A DNA stretch of 64,000 nucleotides from Candidatus Magasanikbacteria bacterium RIFOXYD1_FULL_40_23. GTDB taxonomy: Bacteria; Patescibacteriota; Patescibacteriia; Magasanikbacterales; GWA2-37-8. Shown one piece after another: positions 49,101 to 57,484 of this stretch. The stretch spans positions 57,968-121,967 of the forward strand of contig MFRA01000006.1 of the NCBI GenBank assembly GCA_001783215.1. Direction: 5' to 3'. The notes beneath the pieces are model-generated. The model had not been told where the DNA came from. It searched no databases and saw only the letters and a list, made by a program, of their open reading frames with translations. The position numbers and the translations under genes were made by a program. Numbering within the stretch: position 1 is the first letter of the stretch; each line of letters starts with the position of its first letter.

Positions 49101-50541
49101 TAAATTACCTTGGTACAAAAAAGTATTTGCTACGATTATTAATTTATTTAAATATATTACTGGTCAGCCAGCCTCTGCTTTGCGCACAGAAGTTCTTTCT
49201 ACTAGATGGTGTGCCGGAGAAGATGTAGGCCGAGCTGATGTTGAAATGGCTAGCGGTACTTTGGGTAAGGTTGTATTTAAATTAAATCGTCCACTTGCCA
49301 CTGATACAGATTATTTCGTAGCTCTTAAAGATGGAATAAGAAGCAAACAGGGGATTAGCATTGGTAGAAACAGTGCAACCAACAGACCTATAGGTTGGAA
49401 ATTTATAACTGGTGAAAGAATTTGTGAAATTGATAGCGTAGATGTTGATCCTCCACAAGTTTATTTTGATAAAGTTGGTGCTACCTCCACTCTCCATGCC
49501 TCCGCTTATACTGCCAGCTCTGCTCGCATACAAACTATACCAGGCTTCTATTCTTGGGAGTATATTTGGCAGCCTGTAAATAATTCTTATGTGGCTTTGC
49601 AAGTTACAACCTCTTCGTTTAATACTATTACTTCCGAAAATCATAATGGTGAAACAGATGTTCGTGCTACAGCCGTAATCACTAGCAATATCTATTCTGC
49701 GCAAGCTGGTGCCGTAGCTACCGGCAAATCCCATATAATTGTATTTTTATGCGAGAATCCATGGCCACCAAAAGATTTGTATATGGGTGGCAATGGTCCT
49801 TATATTATTTTCCCGTATGAAGATAAGATTGGTAATAATGATGGATTTGATTTAGCTTTAAACGCTTTCAACAATACCGCTATTCCAGCTTCTCCTAGTG
49901 GTGGATATTTTAATTTCCGTACTTACTATTGTGCCGACAACGCTGCTTTTGGTACAGATGATGATTTGCCATATCTACGTCCGGCCGTTCAGGTTTCTGC
50001 ATCCGTGGTAGCCGACACTCCTACCTCCAGTTTAAAGAGATTTATTTTTAGTAATAATGACAATAGTGATGGTATCGGAATTGCAGTATTTTCTAATTCG
50101 CAACACTTAACTGTTTCGGAGTGGTTTGAAAACGACCGCGCTTTGGGAGGCCAAGGGTTTACTGGTAATATGCAAACAGCAAAAATCGACGGTTATGACG
50201 CTCTTACAGATGGTAATAATATATATGTTGATGCGTTAAATTATTCTAATTCTTCTAACAATCTATTTTCCAATATTTATTTATTTAGCATAAATTCTAA
50301 CGCCCAAACAGAAACAAGAAAAGTCTTTGAGCAACTAATTGCCAATCTTAGATTTAATACAAACCTAACTAACTATGGTTATTGTGGTTCTACGATGGCT
50401 AATCCGGGAGCGTCTACCACTTGCCAAACTGATTTGGATTGTTCTGGTGCAGAAGTTTGTTCGGTGCAGATAGATAAGTTAAAAAGAAATTATATAAGAT
50501 TAAGGGATCTAAATGAGATTCAAAATTTGCTGGGACCATAA
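43129..50541 (+). CDS. giant (2470 aa) surface protein: signal + T4SS-pilin-like two-TM module + IPT/TIG domains + Myxococcus-type Cys-rich repeats + LamG domain
   Basis: N-terminal module about 80% identical to that of the 41087 protein. Four or more IPT-like units ('INGVSPLTGGPGTFVSISGNYFGNTPGRV'). CGNGV(V/I)E.GE.CD repeats. LamG ('WTHVIVTWDGAFIRIYVDGILRN...IDDVRIYNRVLSAAEI'). Confidence 0.8.
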   Translation: MEIMEKNKFKKIIIASLFSVLVTGSLFFLKDLVFAQTISSTELGLGQIEAPLGLPSTDIRIVVARIIRVALSLLGTVALVLMLYAGFVWMTAGGEASKIEDAKKIMVNAAIGLAIILSAYAITSFVISKLVDATTGGPGSGTGGPGPGDNPYLPPGIFYVDNLPQGGQMCIRNVHPAITFNRQVDLATLSGNLVVREANGNVYPGQWQSLGQNTVAFVPTGDCGGGPADCFAPSTTYNVHFQNAASIRSSEGNLTLNCTFRAGCGDVQFITGNGVDRTAPQVRIEPISSDLLRVGTTVPVVVSYTDDNGVQKIDLSADTYFVGSQTVSGCQSTGSVTINWPTVGIPTGQHTLYATGFDWSALNYTTSTNVNLLPQHCFDNALQADLGEVRVGPPACGGECGACSGTPCTNNTQCASGYCDTLSGVCVDRMRINGVSPLTGGPGTFVSISGNYFGNTPGRVFINNVLAPLAPCGGSAWLPWQIITEVPAGASTGPIRVETATSSGTSFVDSTNDAFGPMISNFTVDNVVRPGLCGATPANGLPGSETSLSGRRLGNSPGQVSFGINNVVVSLANWADTLVRARVPMGEVGPVAVKVIQNNVESNSIRFFVEQGVSDSVAVISSVSPDHGARGEYITITGNNFGNQIGRVWFKENINGQPGDAIDGDFSFPQGCQSTWTNNQIIVKFPLGSGTPGRSYFVQVRPADASQGPSPIGPTFNLENGQPSPGICNINPVSGPVPFPGAAPRMQIVGEYFGATPAVYFWTEGASPTAITGRLLSGLATVTNLVVGQSISTEPPAGTRTGPVVVFRSSDNKISNPANFSVLDCVRNNNTCTAPNTHCCVSGAEAGLCRPTNQLCAGETITAGYIWRFSTRDIPPVPRVVERCNNNTDLGLNIPSPSPSILWDSSAGDPHHNVCRSATVVTEFSLPNINNIARTNLLVNECQADTINETSRTCTVAQVVPMAGAGDFVPQLSTENTSYLELNPDATYNTGKWKDNTWYQVVLRSAISSGTGTSTAFLAQDKPCGPGSSYCFVFRSDSQDCRMRSVVITPYTYWTSVLEAPIKKRNSVDDVGVDVVYNGHGLSTQHCVMMNTDAFAWSWDTSNPTYSSLFVTDNSWAKFAAWANTVGVGLVNPNNAVNVRATASLASANYTGVSSLTIDLNNPEVVDFWPKCLQSCTNAEVGVRFNTTMSTRNLPGSAVSGPIKLLRCNDENCFNTTPVLSSSDVILDSTGDYRVLKLANSVSGSLELLPNTVYKVVLSVSTTNINSPELLWSAAVIGDPTTFSKPYNKEFSWRFKTKADRCRIAKVDVTPNIFTASFITDKNIYSAQPYSSPDTCSTQGQKLNPWSVSWNWSSAQPQVASITTFSSRGNNPFCTLSCTRKGSSIAAGSPSVPVCGNNVVEAGENCDSPNRGAGCSLDCRRLGNMSSSTCGNGVIEPNLGETCDRGSATSSIGCSDVCLHTGSSNTTAPGAVNASICGNGMVGSGEDCDVAVSQSGNTLLNGLVGWWTMDAADANATQVFDRSGNNNVASIFGPTIATGTVGEARVFDGVDDYLSLPTPRANTTTISLWYKTNTIVLPNNHKMLFSGSVNATYISLFSNGVANPFVSFWIGNTQRTLSSGVPSVVGKWTHVIVTWDGAFIRIYVDGILRNTSANFSGAALVGLDSGVGYIGKYRANNGYETSGSIDDVRIYNRVLSAAEITSLHQYGQNIINQSTGCSERCLHLGTPISSSWCFTNNATRGGFSQTDFTAACRNSISRCGNGVADPDEDVGCDLGGGNKASWCNIYCLANNISNPECAVGAEGCNSVRQHIGSSLLYSTPSLCGDAVVGIGEDNFCETTLPNTHTGTNPWALVTGVGRGIATGVPPTQVAYIQANTSDGTASGPVGDSGQFVIPCGYTSDAECQSRMGAGWGVATNGCCYLRPQLVSVTPGSTSTNRFNICPNTAIEALFDQDMDVGSVINNVVVARGTTSTSCGANEDVTSLALLLEDGNKLPWYKKVFATIINLFKYITGQPASALRTEVLSTRWCAGEDVGRADVEMASGTLGKVVFKLNRPLATDTDYFVALKDGIRSKQGISIGRNSATNRPIGWKFITGERICEIDSVDVDPPQVYFDKVGATSTLHASAYTASSARIQTIPGFYSWEYIWQPVNNSYVALQVTTSSFNTITSENHNGETDVRATAVITSNIYSAQAGAVATGKSHIIVFLCENPWPPKDLYMGGNGPYIIFPYEDKIGNNDGFDLALNAFNNTAIPASPSGGYFNFRTYYCADNAAFGTDDDLPYLRPAVQVSASVVADTPTSSLKRFIFSNNDNSDGIGIAVFSNSQHLTVSEWFENDRALGGQGFTGNMQTAKIDGYDALTDGNNIYVDALNYSNSSNNLFSNIYLFSINSNAQTETRKVFEQLIANLRFNTNLTNYGYCGSTMANPGASTTCQTDLDCSGAEVCSVQIDKLKRNYIRLRDLNEIQNLLGP

Positions 50542-50701
50542 ATTAAATAAAGATTTGTGGTATAATATACCCGTTCATCTAACATATATGGGCTAAAAGC
50601 CACATATATACCCGCTCACTCGGAAATATCCAGATTTAATATTTATAACTCGCAAGCGATTATAAATACCTCACTGGCTGTTTCCCTCATTCATTTCGTA
50701 T

Positions 50702-53700
50702 ATGATAAATAAAAAACTAATAGCAATATTTGTAGTAACAGTTTCAGTCTTTAGTTTTTGTATTTATCAAAAAGTAATCGCCGCTCCGACACTAAAAGAG
50801 GGAACATATTTGTCCGGTCAAACTCTGAGCGTATGGCCATCCTGGTCGTTGTTGGGCAATACTTTGGGAAGATCTCTTCCAACAGACCCAATCAACCAGC
50901 TAGGGCTAGCTGGCACCTGTGCTACCACCACCAATAGATTTTGTTTAAATAACTCGCAATGTCCAAATAATGAAGCCTGTGTTTTGCACGACCCAAACAC
51001 TGGCTGGAGTACTGCCGACAGGCGTTTTAGTTTTGCTTGTAATCGTGAATCTTTTGCCTATAGGTATATGGTTGCCACTTCTACTGGCGCATATACAGTG
51101 CGGGCCAATTTTGAAGACCCGGGATTTACCCCGGCTAATTTTAATAATTTTGTATCTGGGTTTATTAGCACCAGTATTTTTAAAATAAATGAAGTTTCTG
51201 GTATATGTAATTTTGATCAAGAAATTTCCACCCTTCAGTCTGGCGTTTGTGGAGATGGTAGATTAAATACGGATAGAGGAGAGCAGTGCGATCCGCCTGG
51301 TCGAATAGAGTACGAAGCTGGACCTTGTATCACAATGATAAAAAATTTAACTGTTTGTAATAACAATTGTAGATGGACTCCTTCTACCACTCTTTGTAGT
51401 AGCTTGCGTAAATGTGGAAATGGGGTAAAAGAATCTCTTGAAACTTGTGATGACGGTGCTTTAAATGGAAGATACAATCATTGTAATACAACCTGCAATG
51501 GTTTTAGTCCTTTAGGCAGATGTGGAAATGGCACTCTAGAATCTGCTTATGAAGTCTGTGACCCTGGCACTGGTAGAGAAAGATATGGAGCAACAGGTCA
51601 ACAAAGTTCTTGTAGTTGGGACTGTCAAAATTGGGGACCGTATTGTGGTAATGGCACTGTTGAAGATCAATTTAACGAAGAATGCGATGGTTCAAAAACT
51701 TGTACATTAGGAGAAAGCTCTGGGCAAAGAGTCTGTACTAGTAATTGTAAAATGGCGCCCAAAGCAGGCCTAGTTGCTTGGTGGAGCTTTTTTAATGGTG
51801 GCTTTACAGACAGCTCCGGAAACGGCAACAACGGTAGTTGTGCTCCGGCAAACAGTTGTCCCACAAACACACAAAGTCTTTCTGATGGTCGCAGATTCAT
51901 GATGTTCCAAAGTAACGACTCTTTCATTGTAGGTGGTAGTCCTACCGTTAATCTTGTTAGTTCCGGTACCATCCAAGCCTGGATAAAACCCCAAGGCTCG
52001 GCAGGACTTAACCAGCGTGTGGTAGAAAAAGGCGCTTCTGCATACGGATACTGGTACGATTTAGAGGTAAATGCCACTGCTAGTGGAACGGCTAGATTTA
52101 ATTTTGCCAACTATTCATCTTTCTCAGTAGATTCTACTTCCCGCATTCCAACTAGTACTTGGACTCATTTGGCCGGAACATTTGAAAGAATAGGTCAAAC
52201 TAACTACATTAAAATTTATGTAAATGGTGTCTTGGAAGGTTCTAGAGAAATTCCTCATCCTCCATTTGTTAGTACTCAAGGCTGGGCACCATTAACTGTA
52301 GGTGCATCCAGAGCGCAAAATGGAACTTATTCAAACTTTTTCTTTGGCGACATAGATGATATTAAAATATATAATCGAGCCATATCTGCTGCCGAAGTGC
52401 TAAGTGATTACCAAAACAATTGGCCATGTTCAGCCACCTCTTCTCAGGCTATCTCAAATCAACCCGGTGTATGTGGAAACAATGTTGTTGATTCAAATGA
52501 GGCCTGCGATAGAGGGGTAGATAATGGACGAGTTTGTACGCCTGGTTATGGTAGTAGTTGTACATACTGTTCCACTGATTGCCAAAATACAATCGATGTT
52601 CAGCCAACCCAATATTGCGGCAATGGTATTATCGAAGCATCCGAAAAATGTGATCAGGCCGGCGGGGTGATATATGCTGCTGCCACAAATACTAATAACA
52701 CCACTCTTCCTACAAGAGATGCAGCTCGCAACGGTTATCAAGAGCTAGCTTGTTCATCCGAAACTAGTCCTGCACACACCCTTAAAAAAGGAACAAAGGA
52801 TTGTAGCAATTGTTCTTTGGGTGTAGTGCGAAATTGTGTCCAGTGCGGTGTTAAATCCGACGGCGTAAGTGCTGGTGGAGGGCTCATAAATGTTTTGCAG
52901 GCTCGAACAAATCCGGATCCGCTTTTTGCTGCGGACTTCGTTACTGGAACTCTAGATCTTTCTATTGGTCCTTGTTATTACATGGGTATAACTGGCATGC
53001 AAAATGTATGCAACAGATCTGGCTCCTTGCTCAATCCTTCAAATCCGGTGGGTGGTACGGTTTCTAAGTATGCAAACTCAACCGATCGTTCAAATTATGT
53101 TTTGCAGAATCCATATGGAGTTGGTAATGCTTTGGTTAATAGCGATACGATGTGTTCCACAGATGATCCAATTCGTAGAAGGTATTGGATGTATGTAAAC
53201 AAAGATTGGACACGTCCGTTTAGCATTCCAATAGTAGATCAACCCCAAACTTGGCAATATGATATGGTTTTATCACCAATAGTGCTACAAGCGTTTAGCA
53301 GAGATGGCGGCGTAACGATTAGAAGAAATCAAGATGTGCGCGTGGTGGTAAGCTGGGTTGGCCCCGATGATTTTTCTAGCGGAATTATCAATCCGTTTGT
53401 TACCCCTCAAGAAATTAATGGTGCTTCATATTGTCCATACGCCTACTGTGGTTCGCAGAGAAGAAGTTATTCAACAGGCGTAGATTATTTCAATACCCCA
53501 AATGCTAATTGGTATGGCGCTTTTTATCATGGCTACAACATAACTACTGGCCAAACCAATGCCGAAGCATTTACAATCAATACGGGTGATATGTCTGGTA
53601 ACACATACTCTTTCTTTGTTAAGTCGCCTAGCGTACCTATCAGACAGTTTAGAAATACGGCCAGAATGAAAGTAGAAGTTTATTTACCGGAACCAGGAGA

Positions 53701-54205
53701 CTTTGTTTATCCAACATTTTGTTGTGAGCCAACCTATACTAACTTAAATCGACGTAGATTTGGCACGCCTGTTAAGACCTATTATCTATTAGGCGCAGCA
53801 CCTTCGGACAACCAAAACGCCAAGTATTGGCAAGTGTTTAATATCAACAGGCCAGGTGTTACCACCACTGTTTCTTCTACGGATATTATTGATGTAAGTA
53901 GTATTGTTACTGGGCCGGCGAATTTTTTATATACAGGCCCTCTTGTTGTCAGACCTCCTTGTACGCTTGCAGATTGGCAGAGCTCAATTACCTATAGTTC
54001 TGGCAATCCTGCTGCAGTAATATGTTATGCGCCAGACACATACACTACAACTTGGTCAAAAGTACCAACATCAGATTGTGCTGGTGGAGTACCGCAACCA
54101 GCTACGGTAACTGCTACTTGTCAGCCTCTCCCTGTTATCGCCCCTGTTTCGTCGCCTATTGTTTCGCCGCCCATTGTTGATCCAAATCCAATATTTTTCC
54201 AATAA
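50702..54205 (+). CDS. large (1167 aa) secreted Cys-rich repeat / LamG-domain protein
   Basis: Signal peptide. Six or more Myxococcus-type Cys-rich repeats (CGDGRLNTDRGEQCD, CGNGTLESAYEVCD, CGNGIIEASEKCD...). LamG ('WTHLAGTFERIGQTNYIKIYVNGVLEGS...IDDIKIYNRAISAAEV'). Pro-rich C-terminus. Confidence 0.78.
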   Translation: MINKKLIAIFVVTVSVFSFCIYQKVIAAPTLKEGTYLSGQTLSVWPSWSLLGNTLGRSLPTDPINQLGLAGTCATTTNRFCLNNSQCPNNEACVLHDPNTGWSTADRRFSFACNRESFAYRYMVATSTGAYTVRANFEDPGFTPANFNNFVSGFISTSIFKINEVSGICNFDQEISTLQSGVCGDGRLNTDRGEQCDPPGRIEYEAGPCITMIKNLTVCNNNCRWTPSTTLCSSLRKCGNGVKESLETCDDGALNGRYNHCNTTCNGFSPLGRCGNGTLESAYEVCDPGTGRERYGATGQQSSCSWDCQNWGPYCGNGTVEDQFNEECDGSKTCTLGESSGQRVCTSNCKMAPKAGLVAWWSFFNGGFTDSSGNGNNGSCAPANSCPTNTQSLSDGRRFMMFQSNDSFIVGGSPTVNLVSSGTIQAWIKPQGSAGLNQRVVEKGASAYGYWYDLEVNATASGTARFNFANYSSFSVDSTSRIPTSTWTHLAGTFERIGQTNYIKIYVNGVLEGSREIPHPPFVSTQGWAPLTVGASRAQNGTYSNFFFGDIDDIKIYNRAISAAEVLSDYQNNWPCSATSSQAISNQPGVCGNNVVDSNEACDRGVDNGRVCTPGYGSSCTYCSTDCQNTIDVQPTQYCGNGIIEASEKCDQAGGVIYAAATNTNNTTLPTRDAARNGYQELACSSETSPAHTLKKGTKDCSNCSLGVVRNCVQCGVKSDGVSAGGGLINVLQARTNPDPLFAADFVTGTLDLSIGPCYYMGITGMQNVCNRSGSLLNPSNPVGGTVSKYANSTDRSNYVLQNPYGVGNALVNSDTMCSTDDPIRRRYWMYVNKDWTRPFSIPIVDQPQTWQYDMVLSPIVLQAFSRDGGVTIRRNQDVRVVVSWVGPDDFSSGIINPFVTPQEINGASYCPYAYCGSQRRSYSTGVDYFNTPNANWYGAFYHGYNITTGQTNAEAFTINTGDMSGNTYSFFVKSPSVPIRQFRNTARMKVEVYLPEPGDFVYPTFCCEPTYTNLNRRRFGTPVKTYYLLGAAPSDNQNAKYWQVFNINRPGVTTTVSSTDIIDVSSIVTGPANFLYTGPLVVRPPCTLADWQSSITYSSGNPAAVICYAPDTYTTTWSKVPTSDCAGGVPQPATVTATCQPLPVIAPVSSPIVSPPIVDPNPIFFQ

Positions 54206-54216
54206 AATAAAGTTGT

Positions 54217-54645
54217 ATGGCAAATAGTAAAAAAATTATAATTTTCTTAATTGTTACAGCGCTCGCGGTGGGTGGGTTCTTCTTGTTGAGAACTTTTGTA
54301 GGTGTAAAGACAAAGGTTGTTTTGCCGCCAGCCACAGAGGATTCTGCCTATGCAAATATAGACAAAGTCAAACAGCAAGAATTTTACGATACTCTAAAAA
54401 AGAGTTATTCATCCGATCAAGACATGGATGGATTGCCAGACAGTGAAGAGCCAAATTATCAAACAAGTGCCACTTCTTCCGATAGTGATAATGACGGCCT
54501 ATCTGACTGGCAAGAGATTAATATTTATGGAACTAGTCCTATAAAAACCGATGATGACGGTGATGGGTATGCCGATGGTTACGAAGTGCGCCGTGGTTTT
54601 AATCCGAAAGGGGAGGGTAAATTACCAGAAACAAAAAAACCATAA
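54217..54645 (+). CDS. membrane-anchored protein with aspartate-rich (TSP3/dockerin-like) Ca-binding repeats, paralog 1
   Basis: N-terminal TM 'IIIFLIVTALAVGGFFLL'. Repeats 'DQDMDGLPDSEE', 'DSDNDGLSDWQE', 'DDDGDGYADGYE'. Confidence 0.65.
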   Translation: MANSKKIIIFLIVTALAVGGFFLLRTFVGVKTKVVLPPATEDSAYANIDKVKQQEFYDTLKKSYSSDQDMDGLPDSEEPNYQTSATSSDSDNDGLSDWQEINIYGTSPIKTDDDGDGYADGYEVRRGFNPKGEGKLPETKKP

Positions 54646-54663
54646 AATTTTAATTAGTATTAT

Positions 54664-55464
54664 ATGTTTGATGAGCAAAATCAAAACCCAATAGTTCCAA
54701 AAAATTTGCCTACTGAACCGGAGGATATGTTTGCCGGCGTAGACAAAAATGCAGGTCAGCCACCAGTAGGTGAATCTGTGCCAGATGCCTTATCCAATGG
54801 TCTTTTGAAGAGAAAAGAGCCATCAAGAAATGAGCCAGGCTTATTGCCAACGGGTGAAGAGGGTGTGGATTTAGGGAAATATAAAATGAGTGAGCCTATT
54901 TTGGGTAAAATTTTGTTGTTTGTAGTAATTATTTTATTTTTAGGCGGTCTAGCATATGCGGGTTGGAGAATTTTTTATAGCGCCAAGAGCGGTCCAGTAG
55001 ATAAATTACCAGTTCAAACTGTTCCAACCAATACTCAAACAGAAGTTCCGCCATCTACAAATCAAGTTGGTGTGTCTAGCAGTCTTCCGGCTCAAATAAA
55101 TAATGATCAAATATTGTTTGGCCAAGGTGTTGATTTGGATAAAGACGGTTTGGATGATGTGCGTGAGAAAGAGATCAAGACTAATCCACAGAATCCGGAT
55201 AGTGATAGTGACGGCATAAATGATGGTGATGAAGTAATTTTGTATAAAAGTCTTCCTCTTAATGCCGACACAGATAGTGATGGATTAAGCGATGGAGATG
55301 AGGTGTTGATTTGGAAAACAAATGTGCTAAACCCAGATACTGATGGAGACAGTTACCCAGATGGTGCAGAGGTAAAGAATGGGTATAGTCCAGTGGGCTC
55401 AGGAAAGCTCTTTAGTCCGCCAACCACAAGCACTACAAGCTCTGCTTCAGTATCAACCACCTAA
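54664..55464 (+). CDS. membrane-anchored protein with aspartate-rich (TSP3/dockerin-like) Ca-binding repeats, paralog 2
   Basis: TM 'ILLFVVIILFLGGLAYAGW'. Repeats 'DLDKDGLDDVRE', 'DSDSDGINDGDE', 'DTDSDGLSDGDE', 'DTDGDSYPDGAE'. Confidence 0.65.
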   Translation: MFDEQNQNPIVPKNLPTEPEDMFAGVDKNAGQPPVGESVPDALSNGLLKRKEPSRNEPGLLPTGEEGVDLGKYKMSEPILGKILLFVVIILFLGGLAYAGWRIFYSAKSGPVDKLPVQTVPTNTQTEVPPSTNQVGVSSSLPAQINNDQILFGQGVDLDKDGLDDVREKEIKTNPQNPDSDSDGINDGDEVILYKSLPLNADTDSDGLSDGDEVLIWKTNVLNPDTDGDSYPDGAEVKNGYSPVGSGKLFSPPTTSTTSSASVSTT

Positions 55465-55477
55465 ATATTATTTTGGT

Positions 55478-56593
55478 ATGTTTGGAAAAAAACCGGATTC
55501 TTCTTTAGAACAATCATTGCCAAATATAAATGTGCAGACTATACCTGCCGATTTTTATGGTGGAGTAAATCCAGTGGTAAAATTTAAAAAAGTTGAAAAA
55601 GAAGTACTTTTGGATTCCAAACCAAAGCTAACACCGGCAGAAAAGAAAATATTAGATAAAATTACATCTGCTGGCAATGACCAGCCGTTGCACGCAGTAA
55701 ATATCTTGGCTAATAAAAAGTACGCTATAATTTTAGGTTTTGTTTTGTTTATAGTTATATCGGCAGTGGTGGGTGGATATTATTATTTGCAAATGAGAAA
55801 TAGTAATACAGGCACTACTCCTACCGCTCCCGAAATAACTATACCTGTTACCGTACCAGAAACCACAGAAACACCCCCAGTAACAACCGAAGTACCAACT
55901 ACCACTGATTCTGCCCCTAAATTTTTAGCAGATGCTCCAATTGAATTCCCATCAAATTTATTAGGCGATAGTGTGGATTTGGATAAAGATGATATAAGCG
56001 ATATGGCCGAAGAGTTGTTTGGTTCCGATCCAAGTAAGCCAGACACGGATGAAGATGGGTACGAAGATGGGCATGAAGTTTTCTATTTATATAATCCGGC
56101 CGGAAAAGAGCCAATGAGGATAATTGAATCAGGATATGTAAAAGAATATCAAAACCCAACATTTGGTTATAAGCTTTTCTATCCAACAGATTGGGCGGTT
56201 GGGGCAGTAGATGATACTGCTCGGGATGTTTTGTTTAGCACCATTACAGGCGAAAACATTGAAGTGAGAACATTTGATTTGCCAGCCAATCAAACTTTTG
56301 CAGACTGGTTTAGAGAATGGGCCCCAAATCAAAATTTCCAAAATAATATAAATGTTCAAACCAAGTTTTTTGAAGCCGGTAAAAGCAGAGCCGATAGTTT
56401 GGTCTATTACTTTGCAGACAGCGCTCATGTTTATGCTATAATCTATCACACCACTGATTCTAATACCGTTAATTTCCGTTCCATTATAGTTATGATGGCC
56501 AGAAGCTTTAGAACAGCCGGGTTTGTCCCGCCAGAAACTGCTCCAGATACCAGTGCGTTCCCTACAGAAATGCCTGAATCTATAAATCAATAA
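55478..56593 (+). CDS. membrane-anchored protein with aspartate-rich repeats plus a C-terminal globular domain, paralog 3
   Basis: TM 'AIILGFVLFIVISAVVGGYYY'. Thr/Pro linker. Repeats 'DLDKDDISDMAE', 'DTDEDGYEDGHE'. The start is set at the ATG at 55478; the ORF track begins at 55379 and overlaps the upstream gene. Confidence 0.6.
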   Translation: MFGKKPDSSLEQSLPNINVQTIPADFYGGVNPVVKFKKVEKEVLLDSKPKLTPAEKKILDKITSAGNDQPLHAVNILANKKYAIILGFVLFIVISAVVGGYYYLQMRNSNTGTTPTAPEITIPVTVPETTETPPVTTEVPTTTDSAPKFLADAPIEFPSNLLGDSVDLDKDDISDMAEELFGSDPSKPDTDEDGYEDGHEVFYLYNPAGKEPMRIIESGYVKEYQNPTFGYKLFYPTDWAVGAVDDTARDVLFSTITGENIEVRTFDLPANQTFADWFREWAPNQNFQNNINVQTKFFEAGKSRADSLVYYFADSAHVYAIIYHTTDSNTVNFRSIIVMMARSFRTAGFVPPETAPDTSAFPTEMPESINQ

Positions 56594-56595
56594 AT

Positions 56596-57036
56596 TTGAC
56601 TAGCATGTTATCTCTAGATTTTAATAAACGAGTGCGATGCCCGTGGAGCTTGGCAGATATACAAAAAGTATTCAAGGTAATCCATAAAAATACAAAAATA
56701 AATGGAGAAGTAGAAGTAAATATCGTTGGGGATAAAGAAATAAAGGATTTAAATTTTAGGTATAGGGGGTTAAACAAACCAACGGATGTTTTATCTTTTG
56801 CTTGGAAAGAAGATAAAATTATTAGAACAAATTATCTGGGCCAGATTTATATTTCTTATCCGCAAATATCTCGTCAAGCCAAAGAATTAGCCATAGAAGC
56901 CAAGGAAGAATTCGTAAGAATGTTGGCGCACGGATTCCTACATATTATAGGCCACGATCATATAGAGAAGAAAGAAGCAAAAGTTATGTTTGGAATTCAA
57001 GAAAAGATAGTAGAGCAGTATTTTAGTAAAAAATAA
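56596..57036 (+). CDS. ybeY: rRNA maturation endoribonuclease YbeY
   Basis: Metal-binding 'HGFLHIIGHDH' (H-x3-H-x5-H). 146 aa. Confidence 0.85.
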   Translation: MTSMLSLDFNKRVRCPWSLADIQKVFKVIHKNTKINGEVEVNIVGDKEIKDLNFRYRGLNKPTDVLSFAWKEDKIIRTNYLGQIYISYPQISRQAKELAIEAKEEFVRMLAHGFLHIIGHDHIEKKEAKVMFGIQEKIVEQYFSKK

Positions 57037-57041
57037 AAATT

Positions 57042-57395
57042 ATGTTTTTCTCTAGATTGCTAAAAAGTTTTGCCGATGCCGCTCGCGGATTAAAACATGT
57101 TTTTAAATCAGAGCAAAATTTTAGAATTCAAGTTTTAATCGGTGTGTTGGTAGTATCGGCAGCGTTTTGGTTGCCTTTGCAGGTGTGGGAAAAAATACTA
57201 GTTATTTTGTTGGTTTTACTTGTTTTGTTGGTAGAAATTTTAAATACAGTTTTTGAATATTTTAGCGACTTGCTCAAACCTCGTTTGCACCACTATATAT
57301 ATGTTATAAAAGATGTTATGGCCGGAGCGGTGCTCCTTACATCGATGGTAGCAATGGTAGTGGGTATAATCATATTCTATCCCTATTTGAAATGA
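57042..57395 (+). CDS. dgkA: diacylglycerol kinase (DgkA-family membrane kinase)
   Basis: 117 aa, 3 TM. N-terminal amphipathic 'LLKSFADAARGLKHVFKSEQNFRIQ' and 'EILNTVFE' motifs. Conserved ybeY-dgkA adjacency. Confidence 0.75.
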   Translation: MFFSRLLKSFADAARGLKHVFKSEQNFRIQVLIGVLVVSAAFWLPLQVWEKILVILLVLLVLLVEILNTVFEYFSDLLKPRLHHYIYVIKDVMAGAVLLTSMVAMVVGIIIFYPYLK

Positions 57396-57484
57396 ACGAG
57401 GTCTCAATTTGAAAAGCATGCTTAATTAGTGATATAATATTACGGCCTATTAGAAAGTAAAGGGTAAATCTGTATAAAACCTAT

